A model generated the notes under the pieces. The model did not search any database. It saw nothing but the letters and a program-made list of their open reading frames with translations, and was not told where the DNA came from. A stretch of 63,972 nt of DNA, the filler included, from Octopus bimaculoides (taxonomy: Eukaryota): assembly GCF_001194135.2 (NCBI RefSeq). It is 6 parts of 5 records of this genome, joined end to end, with 100 filler letters (N's around TTAATTAATTAA, not from the genome) between each part and the next. Parts side by side here need not be neighbours in the genome. Positions count along the whole stretch, not along the records: positions 22,903 to 37,633 come from NC_068982.1; positions 37,734 to 49,723 come from NC_068988.1; 4 more parts are not named here. One strand, given 5' to 3'. The position numbers and the translations under genes were made by a program. Below are positions 26,586 to 40,085 of this stretch, piece after piece (positions within the stretch are counted from its first letter, which is position 1; every line of letters starts with the position of its first letter).

Positions 26586-27449
26586 NNNNNNNNNNNNNNN
26601 NNNNNNNNNNNNNNNNNNNNNNNNNNNNNNNNNNNNNNNNNNNNNNNNNNNNNNNNNNNNNNNNNNNNNNNNNNNNNNNNNNNNNNNNNNNNNNNNNNNN
26701 NNNNNNNNNNNNNNNNNNNNNNNNNNNNNNNNNNNNNNNNNNNNNNNNNNNNNNNNNNNNNNNNNNNNNNNNNNNNNNNNNNNNNNNNNNNNNNNNNNNN
26801 NNNNNNNNNNNNNNNNNNNNNNNNNNNNNNNNNNNNNNNNNNNNNNNNNNNNNNNNNNNNNNNNNNNNNNNNNNNNNNNNNNNNNNNNNNNNNNNNNNNN
26901 NNNNNNNNNNNNNNNNNNNNNNNNNNNNNNNNNNNNNNNNNNNNNNNNNNNNNNNNNNNNNNNNNNNNNNNNNNNNNNNNNNNNNNNNNNNNNNNNNNNN
27001 NNNNNNNNNNNNNNNNNNNNNNNNNNNNNNNNNNNNNNNNNNNNNNNNNNNNNNNNNNNNNNNNNNNNNNNNNNNNNNNNNNNNNNNNNNNNNNNNNNNN
27101 NNNNNNNNNNNNNNNNNNNNNNNNNNNNNNNNNNNNNNNNNNNNNNNNNNNNNNNNNNNNNNNNNNNNNNNNNNNNNNNNNNNNNNNNNNNNNNNNNNNN
27201 NNNNNNNNNNNNNNNNNNNNNNNNNNNNNNNNNNNNNNNNNNNNNNNNNNNNNNNNNNNNNNNNNNNNNNNNNNNNNNNNNNNNNNNNNNNNNNNNNNNN
27301 NNNNNNNNNNNNTGTGTGTGTGTGTGTGTGTATTAATTCCAACTTAGTCTGATTTCTACATTTCATGTTCTGCAATTTTTATAATTTTAATATTTTAAAA
27401 TATTGAAATAAACTAGTACTTTCATGCGTTATGCAATCGTCAGGTTTAT

Positions 27450-28320
27450 GTAGGGACAGTCGTGTTCCACAGGTGACAACTGCAGTGAAATGGTTGCATT
27501 CATCTTTTAATTACTCTGCGATGGGCTCTGGAGACTTGCCGAGCTCCCCAAATATGTTCCAACTGTATTTCGACCAATCACTATGCGTCTTAGACGTCAT
27601 GATTTGGTGGGCACGTCTGTTACCTTTTTACTTTGACCGCACCGAAATGAATAATTGTTTGGCTATATTTCGGAATGTCGTAAATAACTTTCCTCTTTTC
27701 ATTGAATTCTATTCGTACTCCAGAAACTTTTATATGTTAGTCGTGTCAATGTTCTTTTAGTCAAAACTACCAACATACTCCAACATTGTTGTATTATATA
27801 TCAGTAATGATGGTGCTGTCAATTTTAATTACCATTATATCTAGAAGTGGTAATTTAGTACTACTCACTCCCTTTGTAAATTGGAGAGTTGGGTGCAGAT
27901 TGTTCAGGAGGATATTAAATACTTGCAGAGTAATTGAACATTTCGTCCAGATTATGAAGCAACCGTCAAGGTATCTCTTTCGTGCATCTTGAACATACCT
28001 TCTAAATTCAGTGCCGTAGATTTCCTCTACTCTCTGATAGAGTTGTTTTACCTATTATCCCAACACAGGTTTCGAATAAACAGGGGTAAATCTCCTTCTC
28101 ATCGCCATACCTCTAGGCTGGATGTAATTCTCTCCAATAAAAAGAAATGTGTTATTTTCAAGGATACGTTTGACTGCGTCAAACATAAACGGCACGGTGA
28201 ATCAACTGGGAACACTCCTCTATGGTTTTCCACCCAGTAGTTAATCGTCTTTATTTCTAAATCATGTGAAATATCGGTGTTAGTTTATGTGGAAACAATT
28301 CCGTTGTTTTGGGAAGGTGG
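27450..28320 (-). mobile_element. Penelope-like element reverse transcriptase remnant
   Basis: TDISHDLEIKTINYWVENH; MFDAVKRILENNTFLFIGENYIQPRGMAM...; KRYLDGCFIIW...LNNLHPTLQFTKGVSSTKLPLLDIMV...ITDI; stops and frameshifts; left boundary approximate. Confidence 0.88.
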
Positions 28321-29259
28321 GACGGGAATTCGCTATCACCCCAGATAAAAGTAGTCCCAGATTTTATTCGGCATTCGTGAGAAATCGAGGCGTAGCTGTT
28401 TATTACAAAAGAGAGTGCTGATCGTTTGCTCGGGAGTAAAAATCTGTAACTGATCATTAAAGTAGTGTTAAAGTATTTTTTTGTCTTGTTTATATTATAT
28501 ATATATATATATATATNNNNNNNNNNNNNNNNNNNNNNNNNNNNNNNNNNNNNNNNNNNNNNNNNNNNNNNNNNNNNNNNNNNNNNNNNNNNNNNNNNNN
28601 NNNNNNNNNNNNNNNNNNNNNNNNNNNNNNNNNNNNNNNNNNNNNNNNNNNNNNNNNNNNTATGTATGTATATATATATATGCATTCAGCTGATCGGTAG
28701 AGTAATGGGAGTACAATTTAGGTGTAGTGTGAAAGAGTTTGAAGTGAGAGAGAAAATGTATTGAAAGCAAACTGACAGACAGGAGCTGAACAGAAAGAAA
28801 GCAAATATGTATACGATGAAGTTGGAAAGGGAAATATGGGAAAAAAGAACAAACAATTTTGAGACACGGGAGTGTGTGCTAGAAATGATTGATGGCAAAC
28901 GTAATGCTGTTTATTGTTAGTTTGTACTTCCATGTTATTTTCTGGACTCATTTGAGCGTATATATTTAAAGAATGGCTTCTAAAAATTTGGTTTCTATTG
29001 GACCGCGTTAGGGAGAGTTAGTTTACAGACATTTCATTTTGTGTGTTTTGTGATCACGTTGAAAGTTTTGTTGAAACTATTCAGTTTAATGTCTTATGTT
29101 AACAGTTAGAAGATGTTATTGTTCGGTTTCTTTCATGTATATGTATGGATATAGATAGGGCACTTTTGAATATGAGTGACGGTAAAAGATATGTCATGTG
29201 AGTTCAACTGTAGTATCAGCTAATATGTATATATACATATACACACAAACACAATCACA

Positions 29260-29316
<57 letters not shown>

Positions 29317-29415
29317 NNNNNNNNNNNNNNNNNNNNNNNNNNNNNNNNNNNNNNNNNNNNNNNNNNNNNNNNNNNNNNNNNNNNNNNNNNNNNNNNNNNN
29401 NNNNNNNNNNNNNNN

Positions 29416-29479
<64 letters not shown>

Positions 29480-29481
29480 CA

Positions 29482-29600
29482 ACATGCGTTGTGTGGTTAA
29501 GGTGTATCACTCACAATCTCATAATTGTGGTTTGAATTCCTAGAATGAGTGCTGCGTTATGTTCTTGAGTAAAAGCACCTCGTCTCAAGGTGCTCTGCGA
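29482..29600 (+). mobile_element. Old tRNA/CORE-like SINE head
   Basis: GTGTGGTTAAG...GGTTTGAATTCC...TTCTTGAGTAAAAGCAC. Confidence 0.5.
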
Positions 29601-29644
29601 TCGCTTAGCTAAGGGGTGGTATAGCAAATGTTTATATATATATA

Positions 29645-29875
29645 TATTCTTTTATTCTTTTATTCATTAACATGTCTCAGTCATTTGACTGCAGCCATGC
29701 TGGAGCACCACCTTTAGTGGAGCAAATCGACTCCAGGACTTATTCTGTATAAGCCTCATACTTACACTATCGATCTCTTATGCCGAACCGCTAGTTTATG
29801 GGTGCGTAAGCACACCTGCGTTGGTTGTCAAGCGATCGCGGGGGAGGAGACAAACCGACACACGAAGATATACAT
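29645..29875 (-). mobile_element. SINE family C 3' half
   Basis: TCTTTTATTC...GACTGCAGCCATGCTGGAGCACCACC...GCCGAACCGCTAG matches the 53.5 kb copy. Confidence 0.85.
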
Positions 29876-29915
29876 ACATTCATGTATATATATATATATA
29901 TATGTAACAGAATGG

Positions 29916-29956
<41 letters not shown>

Positions 29957-31959
29957 NNNNNNNNNNNNNNNNNNNNNNNNNNNNNNNNNNNNNNNNNNNN
30001 NNNNNNNNNNNNNNNNNNNNTATATATATCGCCATTCTGTTCTTTTTATGCCTACCCCAAAAATGGCGCTAACTCTCAGTTGGATTAATGATTTATATTG
30101 TATTTCGTAAATACTTACATACATACCTGTTTTACACTACCAATGCATGATTACTCATTATTGTTTCACCTCTCTGTGAACGCAAAGATATCGTAGCAAA
30201 TTAGCCCCCGGCGTCGTGTATTTATATACGTCTCAGAGAGTAATATGTGCAAACGCATCACGTTATATACTTTTTCCCGTTTTCCAGTTTGTGTCTATAT
30301 ACATGCCAAATATTCTCAGTCGATTATATGCTACAATACTGTTTTAACCTTTCTGAAAATTGAGGTGTTTGTATAATATATAAACATGTGCAATTATGTT
30401 TATTTACATTATTCCTCTGCTACGGCTACTAACATTTTAAAGAGGATCCGATACTTGACAGGCACATTGATACTGATTGGATGTGGGGCGTTCTTATCCT
30501 TTTCAATCTAAGTATTTTCTTGTAAATTAATAGTATATGTATTCACAAATCAGTACCGTAAGCTGTAGGGGTCACTTTCTGTGTGTTTGTGTTTATTAGA
30601 TAGGTAGCTAGATAACAATCACATATCTAATAGTAACATGTTTTCTTATTATGGAATTGGTTGTTTCAAAGCATATTCTTTGCATCGTTATTTAGATAAT
30701 GATTTCCCAAATATTCAACTGTGTCAAGCATCTAGTGCAACAACTACTTACGATATTTGATTCAATGCATCACCTCATAACTTAGTAATAATTTAAGTGT
30801 TTATATACTTCAAATATCTATTTATCTGCACGTATATATGTATATACGTATATCTATTTATCTGCACATGTATAACTATATACGTATATATNNNNNNNNN
30901 NNNNNNNNNNNNNNNNNNNNNNNNNNNNNNNNNNNNNNNNNNNNNNNNNNNNNNNNNNNNNNNNNNNNNNNNNNNNNNNNNNNNNNNNNNNNNNNNNNNN
31001 NNNNNNNNNNNNNNNNNNNNNNNNNNNNNNNNNNNNNNNNNNNNNNNNNNNNNNNNNNNNNNNNNNNNNNNNNNNNNNNNNNNNNNNNNNNNNNNNNNNN
31101 NNATATATATATATATATATATACTTATATGCACACATGCACACAAACACACATATATGTATATGTATATTGCATATTTTGGCGTGTGTATGAGTTGAGT
31201 GAAACACTTCAGAAATACTGTTGCCTCCGAATCTACTACTTGGCATTAATTCACCTTAAATCCCAGTCTCTGTGACGCTTTTGATGACTGCATTCTCACT
31301 GACGGCTGGAAGCTACCAATTCTTGTAAATTCTATTTAAAATGAATCTTTTCTGAAGTAATATTGCTACCACTTTTTACTATTGTGAGATATACCACGTT
31401 GAGATATACTATAACATTGTTATTTACATGTCATTAATTGAGCGTTTCAAATTCTTATCTATTTTGTTATATCGACTGTAGACTAATTTTTATATTAAAG
31501 ACATCTGTTCACATCTGAACAGTGTTAGACAATTGGTTCCCGTTATCTTCTGTCTCAGCGCTGTTTTCCCATGTTTCACGCTAATCTTAAATACAACAGA
31601 GTACATTAACCGAAGGAAACTGCATTATCATCTATATTCCTATATGTTATGCAATCAAGTATACAATTCCCTTTTAATATTTGAGATAACTGTGTAAACA
31701 AGTGATCCTTAGTTAAATTTTAATGGTAATTGCCAAAGAAGGTGGGAAATTACATAAGGAAAATATACTGGATATCTTGTTCATATTTTCATCGACAGAA
31801 AACAGTTTTGGAAAATGATGCTTTAATATAAGTACTTTCCTACTTTAAGGGTTTCATTCTTCAGAGTAACCAATACCTCTCCATAATAGTCGTAGCCCTC
31901 ATAGCATTAATAAGGCGCGGAATGATACATTTCAATTTGAAACTCTCCTGTATGCTCAC

Positions 31960-32040
31960 ATGCACATGGCCCAAAGGCAGACCAAGCCCAGCTTAAGGCA
32001 GAGCGCGAATGGGTACCGGATCGTGTCTGCCATATTCAAC
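31960..32040 (-). CDS. Candidate start exon with signal-peptide-like MADTIRYPFALCLKLGLVCLWAMC (ATG at 32033)
   Basis: tttcgctccag acceptor, CAT|gtgagc donor, GC-richer island; other frames and the other strand are also open, so ambiguous. Confidence 0.15.
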
Positions 32041-33419
32041 CTGGAGCGAAATTGATTTACGAACAAAAATGTGTTATATAAGATGAAATATACTGTGTCA
32101 ATCCATTTATATGTGTGTGTGTGTGTGTGTCTGTGTATACTTTACTATTAAAGCTGAGAAAGCATCGCAAAAAACATCACAAAAATATCACAATATATAT
32201 ATATATATAAACATATATATATCATTTTAATACTATTTCAGAATTTCAGTTCCATAAACTGAGTTTATTACAACCCTCCATGCATTCTGCACTATCACCG
32301 AAGATATTATGAATTGTTTGCCGTATATCCAGGTACATGTTTTTAACAAGGCAAAACGAGGCCGATAATTTATCTGTCATTCCAATGAGTTAACACTGAT
32401 ACGAACCGATTGCTATATTTTTTTAACACAACATGTATATGTAGAACTTTCTCGCAGAAAACAAACGCATCAGGCCACTCAAAGGTGTTTATCCGTTAGA
32501 ATGGTACAGGGGTAACTAGTATATATCGTATTCAGCAACATGTTTCATATTACTGTCGTTTTCATAGTTCCGATCACATTTCCCTTTGAACACAATGTGT
32601 GTATGTCTCTCTCTCTCTCTTTAAAGCGGTTAGATTAGCAAGTTTGACTCAACTTCGTAACTTTCATTTACATAGAGTTCATCTTCAAAGATAATTCTGT
32701 ATATGATGTAAGATTAAACCTTTAATGTCAATGTCTGCTAATGAAGAAGAGAGGCATTAAATTATATTGCAACATCTAATGTTTTGCCGAGCTAAATATC
32801 ATATCATCTAATATTTATTTTCATTTATATAACTTACATACGAGTGTAGATCAACATAAAAAATCAACTCAGTTTAATAATAACGAAAAACAATAAAGAT
32901 ATCAAATACACTAGTAATGAAAAATGTAAAATAAATACTTTTATTTCGAATACTAACAGCTTAGTAATATCAGTTCATCATAATATCAAATATCTCACAT
33001 AAAAATGAAATAAACGTATTCATTAGCTTTATATACTAATATATATTTTACTTAGAAGATATACAAGTATATAAATTACTTAGAAGAGAAAGCAGTGCAT
33101 ATGACCTGTTATAGGGCTTCGGAAATTGGTATTAAAAAGTTGAAGGAGAAACGTAATGTGACATCGGAGTCTTCGCTCGAATGCTTCCAACGGAATGAAC
33201 TCTACTAAATGCAACTAGGATGGCAGACAATGGGGTTAAACAAGGCGAAGGATTAAACGTAGGTAAATGCAGAATTTGAACTCAGAACGCAACCGAACCG
33301 TCTACCCTGACGTGCTCTCAGTTCCTCCAATGCACATACCTAGCTCTGCTTTGAGTAAATTCAAAACCGACCTCGGTTTGAATTTCCCTTGGAGCAGAGA
33401 TGGGTGATACTAAGATCGA

Positions 33420-34030
33420 CTTCAAATTTTGGCAGAAGGCAAAGTATTTCGAGGAAGAGATTACATCGACCCTATTGTTCAGCTGGTACTTCTTTTATAT
33501 ATTTATTTAAGCAGACAGGATGGTAGGCAAAGTAAACCTCGGCGGAATTTCATCTAAAAACGTAAAGACGGACGAAACGCCGCTAAGCATCTTGTCCGGT
33601 GTCCGGTGTGCCTACGACTCTGCCTAGAACTAATATTGATTTCATATTTTAGCGCATGAAGTGGGTAATTCAATTGCATTGACCTCAGTATTCAACTGAT
33701 ATTTATTTCCTCGACTCCGAAAATAATAAAGGCAAAGTCGGCCTGGGCGGAATTGGAATTCAAATCGTGAAGATGAACAAAATGCCGCTAAACATTTCGC
33801 CCGGTGTACACATGCTCCTGCCCGCTCGCTTCGTTAGAGTTGGAACTAATATTATTTTCTGCTCTAGGCACAAGGCCTAAAATGTTTTGGGAGGTGGGCT
33901 AGTCGATTAGATCTACGCCGGTATACAACTGGTACTTAATTTATCGACCCAGAAAAGATGAAAGATAAAGTTGATCTTGGCGGAAAACAGTTGGAAATAA
34001 CATTGCCAGGCATTCTATCTCATGTTTAAA
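33420..34030 (-). mobile_element. Three diverged head-to-tail SINE family A copies (about 33420-33625, 33635-33835, 33850-34030)
   Basis: Repeated GGCAAAGT...CGGCGGAATT and TCGACC motifs, all on the minus strand. Confidence 0.8.
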
Positions 34031-34747
34031 CAACTATATCAGATACATTTTATCTACTCAAATTAAAGTATATCTGGTTATTGGTTGCCCTCTTCAGATG
34101 CAATATTGTGGAACATTTAAATGTGGGTGTGTATGTGTGTGCGTACACATTTTAATACCTCGTAGTATTTTATAAATACAATACTATGATGCAGTTGTGA
34201 AACATTTAATATTTCCTTAACACTACGGTGCTAAAATTGAATGGTAGAAAAATCAACAACTTTGACTATTTTACAATGGAAACTTATCTAATCATATACA
34301 TAAACATATATTTGTCAATATTAAGGTTGACTCAGTAAACATGGAATACATGTGATTATTTCTGAGATTGAAAATATTTCCACATAAAGACTCCATTGGA
34401 TTTAATATAGCATTTGAAAAATGCCACCGATATCTATATTGAGGGAATTAAATGTAATATAATAGCTAAGTAATTTCATGAAAGATACACCTCTGAGTCA
34501 TACAGGAAAAATTTATTTCAGCAAAAGATTTTGACCCCAGGCTGAACACATATTAGCTTATGATATTTATCATAAACTCCTTGAGGGAGCTATTCTTCAA
34601 TTTATTTGTATTCACATAAAATTCATAAGAAAAATATAAATAGTGTTTGGAATGTGAATCGTTTATTACATGAATACGAAGAAAATGCACACAAAGTTAC
34701 AGAGTGCATAAGCACGGAATGTACGCTGCATTTATTAGAAGCAACAA

Positions 34748-34787
<40 letters not shown>

Positions 34788-35444
34788 NNNNNNNNNNNNN
34801 NNNNNNNNNNNNNNNNNNNNNNNNNNNNNNNNNNNNNNNNNNNNNNNNNNNNNNNNNNNNNNNNNNNNNNNNNNNNNNNNNNNNNNNNNNNNNNNNNNNN
34901 NNNNNNNNNNNNNNNNNNNNNNNNNNNNNNNNNNNNNNNNNNNNNNNNNNNNNNNNNNNNNNNNNNNNNNNNNNNNNNNNNNNNNNNNNNNNNNNNNNNN
35001 NNNNNNNNNNNNNNNNNNNNNNNNNNNNNNNNNNNNNNNNNNNNNNNNNNNNNNNNNNNNNNNNNNNNNNNNNNNNNNNNNNNNNNNNNNNNNNNNNNNN
35101 NNNNNNNNNNNNNNNNNNNNNNNNNNNNNNNNNNNNNNNNNNNNNNNNNNNNNNNNNNNNNNNNNNNNNNNNNNNNNNNNNNNNNNNNNNNNNNNNNNNN
35201 NNNNNNNNNNNNNNNNNNNNNNNNNNNNNNNNNNNNNNNNNNNNNNNNNNNNNNNNNNNNNNNNNNNNNNNNNNNNNNNNNNNNNNNNNNNNNNNNNNNN
35301 NNNNNNNNNNNNNNNNNNNNNNNNNNNNNNNNNNNNNNNNNNNNNNNNNNNNNNNNNNNNNNNNNNNNNNNNNNNNNNNNNNNNNNNNNNNNNNNNNNNN
35401 NNNNNNNNNNNNNNNNNNNNNNNNNNNNNNNNNNNNNNNNNNNN

Positions 35445-35493
<49 letters not shown>

Positions 35494-37677
35494 ATATTTA
35501 TGTCTATCTATCTATCTATCTATCTATCTATATATATGTCTATAAAGTGGTTATAATAGGCTCGTATCTGATCAGTGTCGTTTTGTGCAATAAAAGAGCT
35601 ATTCAATCTATTCCTGTAAGTGAAACGGGACACCGGTATTATACATCTACCACAAAATTCAAACCATGATCGGAAAATGCAATACCATTTGGAATATACT
35701 CATTGTGATGTATCCTCGATTTTCTATAGCATATTTCTGACAACAATTTGTCGATTTAAAGTAACGTTAGCAATAATTGCTTGTTGCAGATTGTCTAAGA
35801 CACCTGACAATTGCGTACATTCCACAGATGCTGCAGAATCAGATAATACGATGAAAATCTATTCAAACCTGCACCCAGATGTATTTCCTCATTCCAGATG
35901 GAGTTTCTTTTCACATACCTCATTCTATTCTGTGGAAATAACAGATAAGGTGTGCACATATATATAATGTGAGTGGTTGTGTGTATGTGTACATATAATA
36001 CATATCAATATATATGTGTCAAGGTATATACACGAATAGAATTAGGTAAATATTTTCTTATCCGTCTGTCTGTCTGTTTGTCTCTCTGTCTATCTATCTA
36101 TTTGTCTGTGTGTGTATGTGTTTGCGTGTTTTTGTGCGTGTATACACACACACACACACACGCACACACACACACATATATACATATANNNNNNNNNNNN
36201 NNNNNNNNNNNNNNNNNNNNNNNNNNNNNNNNNNNNNNNNNNNNNNNNNNNNNNNNNNNNNNNNNNNNNNNNNNNNNNNNNNNNNNNNNNNNNNNNNNNN
36301 NNNNNNNNNNNNNNNNNNNNNNNNNNNNNNNNNNNNNNNNNNNNNNNNNNNNNNNNNNNNNNNNNNNNNNNNNNNNNNNNNNNNNNNNNNNNNNNNNNNN
36401 NNNNNNNNNNNNNNNNNNNNNNNNNNNNNNNNNNNNNNNNNNNNNNNNNNNNNNNNNNNNNNNNNNNNNNNNNNNNNNNNNNNNNNNNNNNNNNNNNNNN
36501 NNNNNNNNNNNNNNNNNNNNNNNNNNNNNNTGTGGTACGTATATGTATACACATAAATATAAATACATGTGTGTGTTGTATGTGTGTGTGTGTGTGTGCA
36601 TGTATAGTGAGGAAGGCAGATAGTATGATAAAGAGATATATACTTATATATAGATGTGTATCTATGTACTTATGCGGCGTTTGTGTACGACTAGGCTAGT
36701 ACGCGTAAAACTATTTTGATTATCTTTCTGTATACGTGTTTCTTAGTTTCAAAGTGTTCTTCATTTTATAGATAAGCATTCTTTAAAACTCTGTTTCGAA
36801 ATAATATTTTCTATAATATTTATATTCTTCAGGAAAAAAATAATTGTTAGAAATTAAAAATTTAAATTTCAAACGAAATAGATATAAATATATAGCAAAC
36901 ACCAATCGATAGAGATATCGAAAAAAAATTGCAGGATATCAAAAATAGAATCATATTTCTATATTCTTTTTTTCGTTTCAGAGTAAAATACACATATATT
37001 TCGAAATCTATTCAAAATATTATTACTAGAATAAATTAAATACAAAATCATATATATATATATAACTATTAACCATTAGTATAACAAAATTTCAAATCGT
37101 GTTTCAATCACCACACCTGTCACTCTATAGAAAATATCTTGGAATTAATGAGCATAGAAATTAGCTCCAGGAGCTTCATGTAACGTATGTGATTGTACTT
37201 CTTAAATAGTTGCAGCACAATAAAGTTAATATTTAAAAAAAACACCGAATAATTAAATAAAAAAAGAAAAAAATTCTAACAAGACAGCTGACTCTGCTAT
37301 TAAAATATCTTCACGGGACACAACGTAATGATGTTTGCTTCCGGGCATAAATAGCGGCTGAGCTAATGTTGCCATGTTCAATGTAATGTTACAGAATCTG
37401 TAATGTTTTTTGTGAGTGTGCGTTTGTCCCTGTGTATAGTGAGGGGTTTTTACATGTTTCCTTTCAAATTATAGACACCTCATGCTGGGGTGTATACATA
37501 TTGCATAACATTTTGTATGATTATATATGCAGATACATTCTGCTTTACCTTTCTGTTTGGTTAAATGTTTCAACACACATACAAATATATGCACATATGT
37601 ATATATGTAAATATGTATGTATGTATGTATGTANNNNNNNNNNNNNNNNNNNNNNNNNNNNNNNNNNNNNNNNNNNN

Positions 37678-37689
37678 TTAATTAATTAA
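37678..37689. other. Assembly spacer TTAATTAATTAA in 100-bp gap
   Basis: Same construct as at 22847. Confidence 0.9.
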
Positions 37690-38529
37690 NNNNNNNNNNN
37701 NNNNNNNNNNNNNNNNNNNNNNNNNNNNNNNNNACACGTACATACATACATAGAAATATTCATCCAAACGTATACATAAGCTTACAAATATATATTCATA
37801 TGTACATGTGAATAAATACACACACACACACACACATATTTATACATGCATGCACGCACGAATATATATACATGCACACACACATCTATGAATTTATGTG
37901 TGTGTGTGTGTGAGTGAGTGTGTGTGTGTGTGTGGTGTAAAAAATTTATATATCTACATGGACACATGCACAGATATACAAACATCTTCGTTCACGAGTG
38001 CATTTATTATCATTACGGTAAAGTTTGACATGATGCTTCTGTGTTCAACTATTTACTAGCAACCATAAAATTGCTGTTTGTCTTCATATATTCTAGTATT
38101 TATAGATTTAATGGATAACAGAATATTCATGCTGTTCCTTCTGAGGATAGTCATAAAACAAAACAAGATATAGACTAAAACAATGTAGATCAGAAGGTAG
38201 GAATTTTTTGGTAATTTCAGCGTCATTCCTAAGGATGTCAGGCCTCAGTTATCGAGCTAACTATTATCTGCGAACTTGGATCAAAATCACGTTTTCGAAC
38301 TTTGTGCTGCAAAGATTTACTGCAGCCTTGTTCCTCATTGCAATCAACAGCTACTTCAAAGGATATCATATCAGGGATACATATGGCTGTGGTCTGTTTA
38401 TTAACGAAGAAAGAATTGGAAAGAATACATGTGGTCTTCTTTGGATATGGCCGATAATATAAGGGAGATAACCATACTCTCACAACGCAAGGCGGGATTT
38501 ATTAGAAGGCAGATAAGGAGAAATCCTTT

Positions 38530-38727
38530 TTACAAGGCCTGAAATTTTGTAGGGAGTAACTAGTCGATTGCATCGACTCCAGTGCTCAATTAGTACATAT
38601 GTTATCGTCTTCAAAAGGATGAAAGCAAAGTTGACTCGGCAGAATTTGAACTTAAACACAAAGCCAGAAGAAATGTCGCTAAGCAATTTTGTCCGATATG
38701 ATAACAATTCTGCCAGCTCGCCGCCCT
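38530..38727 (-). mobile_element. SINE family A
   Basis: TTCTGCCAGCTCGCCGCC head (reverse complement) and ACAAGGCCTGAAATTT tail. Confidence 0.85.
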
Positions 38728-38802
38728 AATAAGGAAAAGTAAGATGAATTGAGAGGAAAACAAACAGCAAAAGCAATTGCCTCTAATGTAAGCATAAGGC
38801 AA

Positions 38803-38968
38803 GATAGCGAGTCTGGAGAATCGTTAGCATGCCGGGCAAAATGCTTAGCGACATTTAGTCCGTTTCTACGTTCTGTATGTTCTGAGTTCAAACTCCGCCG
38901 AGGTCGACTTTGCCTTTCATTCTTTCGGGGCCGATATTGCTGGCTTTGTGCCAACATTTGAAACCAAT
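38803..38968 (+). mobile_element. SINE family A, internally deleted
   Basis: GAATCGTTAGCATGCCGGGCAAAATGCTTAGCG...GAGGTCGACTTTGCCTTTCATTCTTTCGGGG. Confidence 0.85.
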
Positions 38969-38971
38969 ATA

Positions 38972-39140
38972 AGCATAAGGTCAGCTTTTTGCGGGAAAGG
39001 GGATTATTAGATTGTATTGACCTCAGTATATTACTGGGTCTTTATTTTATCCTGAAAGGAAGAAGCCAAAGCTGACTCGGCAGTATTCAAACTCAGAACA
39101 TGAAAAACTGAAAGTAAATACTTCTGGACATTTTGTCCCA
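38972..39140 (-). mobile_element. SINE family A, diverged
   Basis: GCCAAAGCTGACTCGGCAGTATTCAAACTCAGAAC. Confidence 0.65.
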
Positions 39141-39194
39141 CTCCCTAAATATTTTGACTATCAATTAAGCTAAACATAATTGTTTTTATCACAA

Positions 39195-39340
39195 AATCTG
39201 CGGCCCAGTATGGCCGCAGTCATAGGACTACGGCCGTGCTAGGGCATCGCTTTGAAAGGTTTTAATCGAATAAATTGATACAAGTGCTTACTGTTTTTAA
39301 AGTTTGGTACTTATTCTATGTTAGTCAGGTCAGGGATCTC
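39195..39340 (-). mobile_element. SINE family C tail fragment
   Basis: GACTACGGCCGTGCTAGGGCATCGCTTT...GGTACTTATTCTAT. Confidence 0.6.
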
Positions 39341-39344
39341 ATCA

Positions 39345-39730
39345 CAGGCTGATGAGAGCTGCAACTGGTGCCATGTATACCAGTACTACCTGTTCCATAG
39401 TCGAGTGGTCGGCGACTAAACTGCCTCCCCCCCACTTGAGTAGCTTGGTACTCTTGTGAGAGGGGGCTGGACAGTTGGACTCAGTAGGGCCAAAAATAAG
39501 AACTGTCGAAAGCCGGATGAGCTTCTCGTGAGCCAACGGCTATCCATTTGAGGAAGGTAATGGCGAACCACACCAGTATCTCCATCAAGAAAACATTATG
39601 AAAAAGTCAGCACAAAGTAACGCTATGGATTCATCCGAGGGGAGAACTCGCGCTTAATGGGGAAGCCTTTCGCTGTTGTGTCAACAATGCGATGTAAAAG
39701 CGTACGATACATGACGGCGACGACGTCGGC
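39345..39730 (+). mobile_element. RTE/BovB-related non-coding segment
   Basis: GAGGAAGGTAATGGCGAACCACACCAGTATCTCCATCAAGAAAAC resembles the BovB/Bov-A/Sauria motif GAAGG(A/C)AATGGCAA(A/C)CCACTCCAGTAT. Confidence 0.55.
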
Positions 39731-39734
39731 TTAT

Positions 39735-40085
<351 letters not shown>

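Noticed and set aside
27560-27620. CCAAT box and CRE-like motif cluster
   Set aside because: Lies within or at the edge of the Penelope RT remnant; short motifs are expected by chance
35620-35967. 115-aa ORF with IYSNL motif
   Set aside because: Several frames on both strands are equally plausible; no discriminating evidence
38208-38483. Overlapping 84-aa (+) and 81-aa (-) ORFs
   Set aside because: No recognisable domain, and the strand cannot be determined
38789-38980. 11-bp TAAGCATAAGG direct repeat as a TSD
   Set aside because: The right copy coincides with the tail of the adjacent minus-strand SINE, so TSD status is ambiguous
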